Shown here piece after piece: positions 7,659 to 15,238 of a stretch of 37,717 bases of DNA. This stretch comes from Candidatus Zambryskiibacteriota bacterium (GTDB lineage: Bacteria > Patescibacteriota > Minisyncoccia > Phycocordibacterales > DATGWK01), in assembly GCA_023264565.1 (NCBI GenBank), contig JAHFLV010000006.1:1-37717 (forward strand). The letters run 5' to 3'. The notes beneath the pieces are model-generated. The model was not told where the DNA came from, did no database searches, and worked only from the letters and a program-made list of their open reading frames with translations. The translations under genes were made by a program, and so were the position numbers. Position 1 is the first letter of the stretch. Every line of letters starts with the position of its first letter.

Positions 7659-8849
7659 TTAGGCGATGATTTTTGTTACGACGCCGGCACCAACAGTCTT
7701 ACCACCTTCGCGAATCGCGAATCGCTGCTTCTCTTCGAGAGCAACAGGGGCAATAAGCTTCACTTTGAAAGTGATGGTATCACCTGGCATAACCATTTCA
7801 ACGTTTGCAGGAAGTTCGACTTCACCAGTAACGTCAGTGGTTCGGATGTAGAACTGTGGTTTGTAACCCTTAAAGAATGGAGTGTGGCGACCACCTTCTT
7901 CTTTCTTCAAGATGTAGACTTCTGATTCGAATTCAGTATGAGGCTTCACTGAACCTGGTTTTGCAATAACCTGACCTCGAGAAATGTCTTCTTTCTTCAA
8001 ACCTCGGAGAAGAATACCTGCGTTGTCGCCGGCCATACCTTCGTTAAGAGATTTGTTGAACATTTCGATACCAGTAACAACAGTAGCTGATGTTGGTTTG
8101 AGACCGACAAGATCAACAGGTTCACCAACCTTTACCTGACCTCGTTCGATACGACCAGTAACAACAGTACCTCGGCCTTCAATTGAGAAGACGTCTTCGA
8201 TAGGCATAAGAAACGGCTTGTCGAGTTCTCGGACAGGCTGTGGGATGTAGGTATCGAGAGCGTTAGCGAGCTCAAGAACTTTCTGAGACCATTCGTCTGT
8301 GTTGTCTTTTGCTTCAAGAGCCTTAAGGCCTGAACCTCGGATAACAGGAGCATTTTTACCATCAAAGTTGTACTTTTCGAGGAGGTCTCGAACTTCTTCT
8401 TCAACGAGGTCGATCAATTCCTTATCAGGAACCATATCGCACTTGTTAAGGAAAACGATGATCTTAGGTACGCCGACCTGCTTTGCGAGAAGAACGTGTT
8501 CTCGAGTCTGTGGCATAACACCGTCAGTAGCAGCAACAACAAGGATAGCGCCGTCCATCTGAGCAGCACCGGTAATCATGTTCTTGATGTAGTCAGCATG
8601 ACCAGGAGCGTCGATGTGAGCGTAATGACGAGTATCTGTCTCGTATTCCTGATGAGAAAGATTGATCGTAATACCACGGGCCTTTTCTTCAGGAGTGTTG
8701 TCGATAGCGTCGACACCTTTAATAACAGCCTTTTTTCCCGCTCGGTTAAGAACGTTAAGGATAGCTGCAGTAAGGGTTGTTTTGCCGTGATCAACGTGGC
8801 CGATAGTACCTACGTTAACGTGTGGCTTTGAACGATCAAAATTTGCCAT
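7659..8849 (-). CDS. tuf: Elongation factor Tu
   Basis: 396 aa; [17 protein letters not shown] and NKCD GTPase motifs. Full-length EF-Tu. Confidence 0.98.
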   Translation of the reverse strand: MANFDRSKPHVNVGTIGHVDHGKTTLTAAILNVLNRAGKKAVIKGVDAIDNTPEEKARGITINLSHQEYETDTRHYAHIDAPGHADYIKNMITGAAQMDGAILVVAATDGVMPQTREHVLLAKQVGVPKIIVFLNKCDMVPDKELIDLVEEEVRDLLEKYNFDGKNAPVIRGSGLKALEAKDNTDEWSQKVLELANALDTYIPQPVRELDKPFLMPIEDVFSIEGRGTVVTGRIERGQVKVGEPVDLVGLKPTSATVVTGIEMFNKSLNEGMAGDNAGILLRGLKKEDISRGQVIAKPGSVKPHTEFESEVYILKKEEGGRHTPFFKGYKPQFYIRTTDVTGEVELPANVEMVMPGDTITFKVKLIAPVALEEKQRFAIREGGKTVGAGVVTKIIA

Positions 8850-8965
8850 AATTTTTACTAAAAATTAACTTTTAAATAATATTTGGTTTCGTTTCTTTTA
8901 TGCCAGACACCGAGAGTATTTCGTAGTGTGCCAAAACAAAAACGACGCTAAAAGCGGTACACAGC

Positions 8966-8993
8966 ATAGTATCAAAGGAGCTAAATTAGTCAA
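8966..8993 (-). promoter_or_regulatory. Sigma70-like promoter upstream of tuf
   Basis: Minus strand reads TTGACT-16 nt-TACTAT, immediately after the U-run of the preceding terminator. Confidence 0.6.
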
Positions 8994-9017
8994 GAAAAAA
9001 CCCCGCATTATGCGAGG
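8994..9017 (-). terminator. Intrinsic terminator of Cys-rich gene 1
   Basis: Minus strand CCTCGCA-TAA-TGCGGGG 7-bp stem (one G-U pair) followed by TTTTTT. Confidence 0.7.
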
Positions 9018-9062
9018 CGTTGTAGCTTTTTGGTAGACACCGCTGTGTTCATTGCCAGTTAT

Positions 9063-9602
9063 TTATGGACTGGCGGGTTGATTACAGCACAAACCGAGCA
9101 ATGCCTTGAGGTTGTTCTGGAGAACTCCGAGGGCGTGCTGCGTGCGATCCTCAACATCCTGAAGACAACTCACAAGTGCGGGCGATGGGATCGGGTTATA
9201 TGTCAGACAATAACAATAGGCGTCGTACCAATTCTGGTTAAGCTCTTCGAGGTCCTTGTAGTATTGAATAATCTCAGCCTTCACACAGTCACTGTCCAGA
9301 ATCCCTCCTGATGGACAAATGAAATTAGGGTCGGCGCTCAAAACCCATAAGAAAAAGTCCGTGTGGTACTGGGGCAAGAACGCGCAGGGATCGTCTGCGT
9401 TTTCAAGTGCTTTCACAAGGAGACCAACCCTTTGGGTGGGGTCGGCCTCCTTTAGTGCCTGGGCAACAAAGTACGAACGCTCGCTGTTCGGCACCAACAC
9501 CCTATCTGGCGGCATGGACACCACCTGGGCCGAGACCGAACGAGACAACGTTGCGACGACCGAAACCAGAAGAAGAACACGAAGATTAAGCTTCAAACTC
9601 AT
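9063..9602 (-). CDS. Secreted Cys-rich protein, family member 1 (hypothetical)
   Basis: ATG at 9602 is preceded by GAGGAG (7-nt spacing). Signal peptide ends VSA|QVV. Eight Cys including a CYC motif. By-eye homology to the ORF at 10812-11351. Own promoter and terminator. Confidence 0.7.
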   Translation of the reverse strand: MSLKLNLRVLLLVSVVATLSRSVSAQVVSMPPDRVLVPNSERSYFVAQALKEADPTQRVGLLVKALENADDPCAFLPQYHTDFFLWVLSADPNFICPSGGILDSDCVKAEIIQYYKDLEELNQNWYDAYCYCLTYNPIPSPALVSCLQDVEDRTQHALGVLQNNLKALLGLCCNQPASP

Positions 9603-9675
9603 GTGCAAACTCCTCAAAATGCGCGTCTCTCTCGAGAGATCGCTGTGTTAAAGAACGATTTGGATTCGACCCAGA

Positions 9676-9704
9676 ACACTACCAGGAATTCCCTTGATGG
9701 TCAA
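9676..9704 (-). promoter_or_regulatory. Promoter of Cys-rich gene 1
   Basis: Minus strand reads TTGACC-17 nt-TAGTGT, about 70 nt upstream of the ATG at 9602. Confidence 0.45.
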
Positions 9705-9715
9705 AAAACAAAACA

Positions 9716-10459
9716 TTAGAAACCGACAACCGGAGGAATTAAATCTCTCGTGGGTGGTGTGGTTATTGTTGGACGAACAGGTGGTATAGGACATTCTTGT
9801 GGCATAAGTTTCAAGGTTTTTGGGTCAACAGTATAACAAAACCTTTCGATTTCAGGAGAAATCGTTGGATCTACGAGATGACAATCGACTCGGAAAAGAC
9901 CAGACGGATCGCCCGGTAGACTCGGTTTTAACTCACATTTAACCTTCGGCAAGTAAGAACTTGGGATATCAAAAAACGGTGTTGTGACCTCTATTTTGCA
10001 AGGCTTGTCAGATGCTTCACAAGTAATTTTAATGACGTAGCAAACACTCGTGCGGTTAATAATCGTACAAAGACGAAACTCTTGTTTGCCATGTCGCACA
10101 TCCCCTTCCTTCAAACAGATTCCTGGAACATGAACACCGTTAGGTGCTCCTGGAAAATTTGGCACTGGAAAATATTGTGCGGGTGGCTGACACCAGTCTG
10201 GTGCGGCTGGGGTTGTTGGTGGTGTGGAGGATGGCTTCTCAGGGGGTTTTGTTGTATCAGCCTTTGTGGCTGTAGTAAACGAAAGCAACGAGGTAGCTGA
10301 TGAATTTGTGGAGAGAATAACAGAGGCCACTGCTTTTGAGTATATTTCTTTCTCAGCAACATTTCCCGAAGTGAGACGGACGGTAAGGTTTCCGGCAAAC
10401 ACAAGACATACAAAAACAATGGCAGCGAGTGAAAAAAATGAAACTAATTTTTTATTCAT
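9716..10459 (-). CDS. Secreted protein with Pro/Thr linker and Cys-rich C-terminal domain (hypothetical)
   Basis: 247 aa. N-terminal hydrophobic signal/anchor (LVSFFSLAAIVFVCLVFAG), a KPPEKPSSTPPTTPAAP linker, then about 10 Cys in the C-terminal 150 aa. Confidence 0.65.
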   Translation of the reverse strand: MNKKLVSFFSLAAIVFVCLVFAGNLTVRLTSGNVAEKEIYSKAVASVILSTNSSATSLLSFTTATKADTTKPPEKPSSTPPTTPAAPDWCQPPAQYFPVPNFPGAPNGVHVPGICLKEGDVRHGKQEFRLCTIINRTSVCYVIKITCEASDKPCKIEVTTPFFDIPSSYLPKVKCELKPSLPGDPSGLFRVDCHLVDPTISPEIERFCYTVDPKTLKLMPQECPIPPVRPTITTPPTRDLIPPVVGF

Positions 10460-10499
10460 TAAAAAAATTTATTATTCTAAAGCTAAAAATAGTATACAG

Positions 10500-10525
10500 C
10501 AAAAAACCCGCCAACAAGTGGCGGG
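10500..10525 (-). terminator. Intrinsic terminator of the lipoprotein gene
   Basis: CCCGCCA/TGGCGGG 7-bp stem, 5-nt loop, U6 on the minus strand. Confidence 0.7.
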
Positions 10526-10549
10526 TTTGAACGGACGGATACAAAAACC

Positions 10550-10738
10550 TCAGTTCTTGGGCAGATCGATGTGTTGATGCGTTGCCGTGACCTCGGCAGT
10601 CTTTTGGTCAGCGACAGCCTTGGTTGCCAGGAACAGCGTCGGATCGTTCTTGGCCATACAGCCCGGAAAGAAGGTGACGGTAGCGGTCATCAGAACGACA
10701 ACACCTGTCCACGTTAGAATTTTTATAACAACCTTCAT
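10550..10738 (-). CDS. 62-aa putative lipoprotein
   Basis: ATG at 10738 with GGAG upstream. Signal peptide ends in the lipobox-like FFPG|C. Followed by a 7-bp GC hairpin plus U-run. Confidence 0.55.
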   Translation of the reverse strand: MKVVIKILTWTGVVVLMTATVTFFPGCMAKNDPTLFLATKAVADQKTAEVTATHQHIDLPKN

Positions 10739-10811
10739 ATGCGCTCCTCTCTTTCTGAGTATTTTGAATATGTACAACCTCTAAATATTATGTATTTATA
10801 TCTACATTGTG

Positions 10812-11351
10812 TCAAACGCACTCTCCATTCTTAACCAAATAAAAAACCCGCCTGGAGGCGGGGTGCTTTAAAGCACATGTTTCACATTCGATCAGGGTAA
10901 CACACCGTCTGGCACACAACTCGAGATCAGCATCCGCCGAACTGAGACAGTCCCCTAATTTCTGAGGATCGTCTTCGTAGATTTCTCGACAATCACACTG
11001 CCTATGGCGCCATGCATTGAGGGAGGTAATGAGGTCGGCCACGTACCGCGTACGAACGTCGTCGACACAGTCTGGATTCAGATGGTGCTTCGGTGCCTTA
11101 CAGGGAATATCGACCAACGCGTACGAAAGCCATTCCATGAACTTGGGATACGTCACCGGGTCATCATCGCAATAAAGCGTCGGCTCCATGAGCGAAACAG
11201 CATATTCAAAGAGCGCAGACTCAGAAACGAAGTGCGCCCCAACTGTCGGTGGTGGGGTGATGATCTGGGCCAAGGATTTTTGTCCTGGGAACAAGACCAT
11301 CGAGGCCGCAATCACACAAGCAAAAAACACGGGGCTTAACTTCTGACGCAT
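10812..11351 (-). CDS. Secreted Cys-rich protein, family member 2 (hypothetical)
   Basis: ATG at 11351 preceded by AGGAGTTTGTG (same RBS context as member 1). Signal peptide ends SLA|QII. Conserved DDP, DCV and CxC (CDC) positions shared with member 1. Own promoter. Confidence 0.7.
   Translation of the reverse strand: MRQKLSPVFFACVIAASMVLFPGQKSLAQIITPPPTVGAHFVSESALFEYAVSLMEPTLYCDDDPVTYPKFMEWLSYALVDIPCKAPKHHLNPDCVDDVRTRYVADLITSLNAWRHRQCDCREIYEDDPQKLGDCLSSADADLELCARRCVTLIECETCALKHPASRRVFYLVKNGECV
10838..10863 (-). terminator. Intrinsic-terminator hairpin lying inside the last ~17 codons of Cys-rich gene 2
   Basis: CCCGCC/GGCGGG 6-bp stem, 4-nt loop, TTTTTTATTT on the minus strand. The ORF stop is only reached at 10812. 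Confidence 0.6.
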
Positions 11352-11418
11352 CACAAACTCCTATAAATGTACCCCCAACAAGGAGGCGTTACGAAAGAAC
11401 AAAAAACACAGACTGAAA

Positions 11419-11447
11419 ATGGTAGCAGAAGAAAAATAACTGGTCAA
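11419..11447 (-). promoter_or_regulatory. Promoter of Cys-rich gene 2
   Basis: Minus strand reads TTGACC-17 nt-TACCAT with the same CTTCTGC block as the promoters at 56-83 and 4087-4114. Confidence 0.55.
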
Positions 11448-11474
11448 TAAATATGTCGTACACAAAAACCCAAC

Positions 11475-11496
11475 AAAAAACCGGCTTTCACCGATC
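11475..11496 (-). terminator. Weak intrinsic terminator after fusA
   Basis: Minus strand AUCGGU-GAAA-GCCGGU (6 bp, two G-U pairs, GAAA loop) followed by UUUUUG. Confidence 0.45.
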
Positions 11497-11552
11497 TTTT
11501 GTTTTTCTTTAAAAATATTTGATCGCCCTAGAGACAATCTGCAATCGCGCGA

Positions 11553-13694
11553 CTACGCTCGTGCTGCTGCGATTTCGGCTTCGACGTTCTTTGGAACGAT
11601 ATCGTAATGATCGAATTCCATAGTAGATGAACCTCGGCCTTCAGACATAGATCGGAGCTGGGTTGTGTAACCGAACATTTCAGAAAGAGGAACCATCGCT
11701 CGGATAACCTTGAGCATTCCTCGATCTTCCATTCCTTCAATCTGTCCTCGCTTTGATGAAAGTGAACCAGTAACGTCTCCCATGAACTTTTCTGGAACGA
11801 CAACTTCAACTTTCATAATAGGTTCGAGAATAACTGGCTTTGCGCGCTTTGCCGCTTCCTGGAACGCCTGAGAACCAGCGATCTTGTACGCAATTTCAGA
11901 TGAGTCGACATCGTGGTATGAACCGAATGTGAGTTCACAAGAAATATCAACAAGTTTGAAGCCCGCAACGATACCTCGGTCCATCGCTTCCTTCACACCC
12001 TTTTCAACGGCTGGAATAAATTCCTGTGGAATAACACCTCCCTTGATAGAGTCGATGAATTCGAAATGATCGTATCGCTTAACGTTCTTAGGAATTTTCT
12101 TACCTTCTTCGAGTTTCTCGAGAGGTTTGATAGTGAGCTTTACGTGACCGTACTGACCCTTACCTCCGGACTGCTTGATGTATTTGTGTTCTGCTTCTGC
12201 AGCGGTGGTAATAGTTTCTCGGTACGCAACCTGAGGCTTACCGACGTTTGCTTCGACAGCGAATTCTCGCTTCATTCGATCAACCATGATTTCAAGATGG
12301 AGTTCTCCCATTCCGGAAATAATTGTTTCCATAGTTTCAGGATTTGAAGTGATTCGGAAGGTTGGATCTTCATCAGAAAGTTTCTTGAGGGCCATACCCA
12401 TTTTTTCCTGATCAGCCTTTGTCTTTGGTTCGATTCGGAGAGAAACAACAGGTTCAGCGAACTTAATAGGATCAAGAATGATTGGATTGTTTTCGTCGCA
12501 GAATGTATGAGAAGTTTTTGCAGTTTTCAAACCGACAGCAGCAGCAATTTCTCCGGCATAAACCTTCTTTACCTCTTCTCGTTTGTCGGCCTGAAGACGG
12601 ACGATACGGCCGAGTCGTTCTTTATCCCCTGTTGTTGCGTTGTAAATATATGTGCCGGCTTCGATTGTTCCTGAGTACACACGGAAGAACACGAGCTGAC
12701 CCACGAATGGGTCGGTCTGGAGTTTGAACGCGAGCGCAGAGAAAGGAGCTTCGTCTGAAGGAGCTCGGGTGATCTTGTCCCCCGTCTTAGGGTCAATTCC
12801 TTCGATTGGTGGAGCTTCGAGTGGAGATGGGAGGTAGTCAACAACGGCGTCAAGAACGAGCTGCACACCCTTGTTCTTCAAAGCTGAACCAGTGAATACT
12901 GGGATAAGCTTCACTGCCAAAACGGCCTTTCGCATAGTCTTTTTAAGATCAGCGAGAGACGGTTCCTTTCCTTCGAGGTACGCACTCATCAATGCATCAT
13001 CGTGTTCAACGATCTTTTCGATAAGTTCGGCTCGGTACTTCTTTGCATCTTCCATGTATTCCGCAGGAATTTCTTCTTCACGGATTTTGTTTCCCATTTC
13101 GCCTTCAAAATAGAAGGCCTTCATTTTCAAAAGGTCGATCACGCCAGAGAAGTTTTCTTCAGAACCCATAGGGATCTGCATTCGAACCGCGTTCTTGTTG
13201 AGTCGATCAAGAATAGATTTGTATGATCGTTCGAAAGAAGCGCCCATTCGGTCGAGTTTGTTGATAAAGCAGATTCGAGGCACCGCACCTTCGTCGGCAT
13301 AGCGCCAGTTAGTTTCTGACTGAGGTTCAACACCAGCAACACCGTCGAACACCACAACCGCGCCGTCGAGTACTCGGAGAGATCGTTTTACTTCTGCAGT
13401 AAAGTCGATGTGGCCTGGGGTGTCGATAATATTAAAACGCTGTTTGATAGAAGTGTCGGTTCCCATGTAGGTTGGGTTCCAGAAACAAGTAATCGCCGCC
13501 GCGGTAATGGTGATACCTCGTTCTCGCTCTTGTTCCATCCAGTCAGTGACAGTCGTACCGTCATGAACTTCACCGATTTTGTGTGACATACCGGTGTAGT
13601 ACAAAATTCGCTCGGAGACAGTCGTCTTACCAGCGTCGATATGCGCAATGATTCCAAAGTTACGAACTCGCTCCAACGGATAGTCTCGATTCAT
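11553..13694 (-). CDS. fusA: Elongation factor G
   Basis: 713 aa; [17 protein letters not shown] and NKLD motifs. Full-length EF-G downstream of rpsG. Confidence 0.98.
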   Translation of the reverse strand: MNRDYPLERVRNFGIIAHIDAGKTTVSERILYYTGMSHKIGEVHDGTTVTDWMEQERERGITITAAAITCFWNPTYMGTDTSIKQRFNIIDTPGHIDFTAEVKRSLRVLDGAVVVFDGVAGVEPQSETNWRYADEGAVPRICFINKLDRMGASFERSYKSILDRLNKNAVRMQIPMGSEENFSGVIDLLKMKAFYFEGEMGNKIREEEIPAEYMEDAKKYRAELIEKIVEHDDALMSAYLEGKEPSLADLKKTMRKAVLAVKLIPVFTGSALKNKGVQLVLDAVVDYLPSPLEAPPIEGIDPKTGDKITRAPSDEAPFSALAFKLQTDPFVGQLVFFRVYSGTIEAGTYIYNATTGDKERLGRIVRLQADKREEVKKVYAGEIAAAVGLKTAKTSHTFCDENNPIILDPIKFAEPVVSLRIEPKTKADQEKMGMALKKLSDEDPTFRITSNPETMETIISGMGELHLEIMVDRMKREFAVEANVGKPQVAYRETITTAAEAEHKYIKQSGGKGQYGHVKLTIKPLEKLEEGKKIPKNVKRYDHFEFIDSIKGGVIPQEFIPAVEKGVKEAMDRGIVAGFKLVDISCELTFGSYHDVDSSEIAYKIAGSQAFQEAAKRAKPVILEPIMKVEVVVPEKFMGDVTGSLSSKRGQIEGMEDRGMLKVIRAMVPLSEMFGYTTQLRSMSEGRGSSTMEFDHYDIVPKNVEAEIAAARA

Positions 13695-13727
13695 ATGTTA
13701 AGTTAAATGATTTTTAATTTTTTCGTT

Positions 13728-13828
13728 AAGAAAACCGCTTTTCAGATGAGCGCGATAAGTCCTGCTGGACTTTCGCTACTCTCGGCGCCTTCGCGCCTCC
13801 GGAAACTCATCTTCAAAGCAGTTTTCTT
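13728..13828 (-). promoter_or_regulatory. About 100-nt Y-shaped structured RNA element in the rpsG-fusA spacer
   Basis: A 23-nt outer stem (21 pairs plus a tandem G-A/A-G mismatch) encloses two GC-rich hairpins (GGCGC-GAAG-GCGCC; GCGAAAGUCC-AGCA-GGACUU(A)UCGC). No U-run follows. It ends about 33 nt before the fusA ATG. Confidence 0.55.
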
Positions 13829-13856
13829 GCCAAAAGACTTAGCAATTATATAAAAC

Positions 13857-14327
13857 CTACCAAGCGAAGTGAGCAAAGGCCTTGTTAGCTTCTGCCATTT
13901 TGTGGGTGTTTTCTCGTTTCTTCACTGCTTCACCTTCGTTCTTTGTCGCGAGGATAATTTCTTCAGCGAGTTTTTCAGCCATAGGCTGGCCTTTCTTTGA
14001 CCTTGCAGCCAACACAATCCATTTCATAGAAAGAGACTGTCGGCGCTCTGGGCGCACTTCTCGAGGAACCTGGTAGTTGGCACCTCCAACTCGTCGTGAT
14101 CGAACTTCCATAAGAGGAGCAGTATTTTTCAAAGCTGCTTCAAGAGTTTCGATAGGGTTTTCGGTCTTGGTTTTTTCTTTGATGAGTTCGAGTGCGTCGT
14201 AGACAACGGTTCGAGCCGCGTTCTTCTTTCCATCAAGCATCACATAGTTAATGAGCTTAGCGACTTTGAGTGAGTCGTATTTGAATTCTGGATCTGTTTT
14301 AAATTTTCGCTTAACTTTTCTTCGCAT
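13857..14327 (-). CDS. rpsG: 30S ribosomal protein S7
   Basis: 156 aa; LINYVMLDGKK...EVRSRRVGGANYQVP motifs of S7. Confidence 0.96.
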   Translation of the reverse strand: MRRKVKRKFKTDPEFKYDSLKVAKLINYVMLDGKKNAARTVVYDALELIKEKTKTENPIETLEAALKNTAPLMEVRSRRVGGANYQVPREVRPERRQSLSMKWIVLAARSKKGQPMAEKLAEEIILATKNEGEAVKKRENTHKMAEANKAFAHFAW

Positions 14328-14360
14328 AAAGATGATGAATGACTAAATTATTTATTGAGT

Positions 14361-14771
14361 TTAGGCCTTAGGTCTCTTAGTACCGTAGACGGATCGGCTG
14401 GTTCGGCGGTTTTCAACGCCAGATGCGTCGAGCTTACCTCGGACGATAGTGTATCGCACTCCGACGTCTTTGACACGACCTCCTCGGAGAAGAACGACTG
14501 CGTGCTCTTGAAGATTGTGACCAACACCTGGGATGTAGGCAGTGACTTCCATACCGTTTGTAAGGCGAACTCGGGCGATCTTTCGGATAGCTGAGTTAGG
14601 TTTTCTAGGAGTTTTTGTCGTAACTTTCACGCAAACACCTCGTTTGAAAGGTGATGGGAAACTTGCTGGGCGATTCTTCAAAGTATTGAAACCACGAGAA
14701 AGAGCGGCCGCTTTTGATTTGCGAACCTTGATGACTCGTCGTCGCTTAACTAATTGATTTATCGTTGCCAT
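14361..14771 (-). CDS. rpsL: 30S ribosomal protein S12
   Basis: 136 aa; TINQL...[22 protein letters not shown]...[16 protein letters not shown] motifs of S12. Confidence 0.97.
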   Translation of the reverse strand: MATINQLVKRRRVIKVRKSKAAALSRGFNTLKNRPASFPSPFKRGVCVKVTTKTPRKPNSAIRKIARVRLTNGMEVTAYIPGVGHNLQEHAVVLLRGGRVKDVGVRYTIVRGKLDASGVENRRTSRSVYGTKRPKA

Positions 14772-14831
14772 GTAGCTAGACGAGTACTTTACTAAATAAT
14801 CGAAAAATACGCAAGAAAATCAGCACCCCCT

Positions 14832-14862
14832 AAAAAGAAAGGCCCCGCATCCATGCAGGGCC
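14832..14862 (-). terminator. Intrinsic terminator of the 87-aa Cys-rich ORF
   Basis: Minus strand GGCCCUGC-AUGGAU-GCGGGGCC followed by UUUCUUUUU. Confidence 0.7.
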
Positions 14863-14888
14863 CAATGGTGGAAACAGAACTCACTGAT

Positions 14889-15152
14889 TCAGGCAGTCCT
14901 CCGAAGACCAGATGGATTGGATGAAGGACTGGTCATCACGAACAGGCTTTCAAAACCATACCCCCACCTACGAAGATTGGCGGCGAGGAAATGATCTGAA
15001 CAAGACTCACAGCGTTCTGCGTGAGCCTTTGTGGTCTGGAGACATCTTCCCCTTAACCGCCCTTGCATGAGGCAGTTGAACCTCAAAAAAAACTGATCGC
15101 AGGTGCAACCGCCGATTCGCTTATCCGGATTGGACACGGGCTGAGTCTTCAT
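14889..15152 (-). CDS. 87-aa Cys-rich protein without signal peptide (hypothetical)
   Basis: ATG at 15152 with GGAG about 10 nt upstream. Pattern CxC...C...C...CxxC. Followed by a strong 8-10 bp GC hairpin plus U-run. Confidence 0.45.
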   Translation of the reverse strand: MKTQPVSNPDKRIGGCTCDQFFLRFNCLMQGRLRGRCLQTTKAHAERCESCSDHFLAANLRRWGYGFESLFVMTSPSSNPSGLRRTA

Positions 15153-15238
15153 TGATCTCTTCTCCTGTAAACGGTGACGAACACACAAAGTGTTTCTATT
15201 TCTTCTTTTAATATACTCCCCCGCCCCAGATATACAAC

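Noticed and set aside
9628-9639. Perfect 12-nt palindrome TCTCTCGAGAGA in the 5' UTR of Cys-rich gene 1
   Set aside because: It occurs once, is too short, and cannot form an RNA hairpin because it has no loop. It could be an operator, but nothing else in the window supports that.
11355-11412. Possible anti-SD hairpin (CCUCCU ... AGGAG) in the leader of Cys-rich gene 2
   Set aside because: It is a 5-bp pairing with a ~19-nt loop, too weak to assert by eye, and the paralogue leader has no equivalent.
8850-11552. Calling the fusA-tuf island a mobile genetic element
   Set aside because: I saw no recombinase, no inverted or direct terminal repeats and no tRNA target. It is kept as an accessory island, not as a mobile_element feature.
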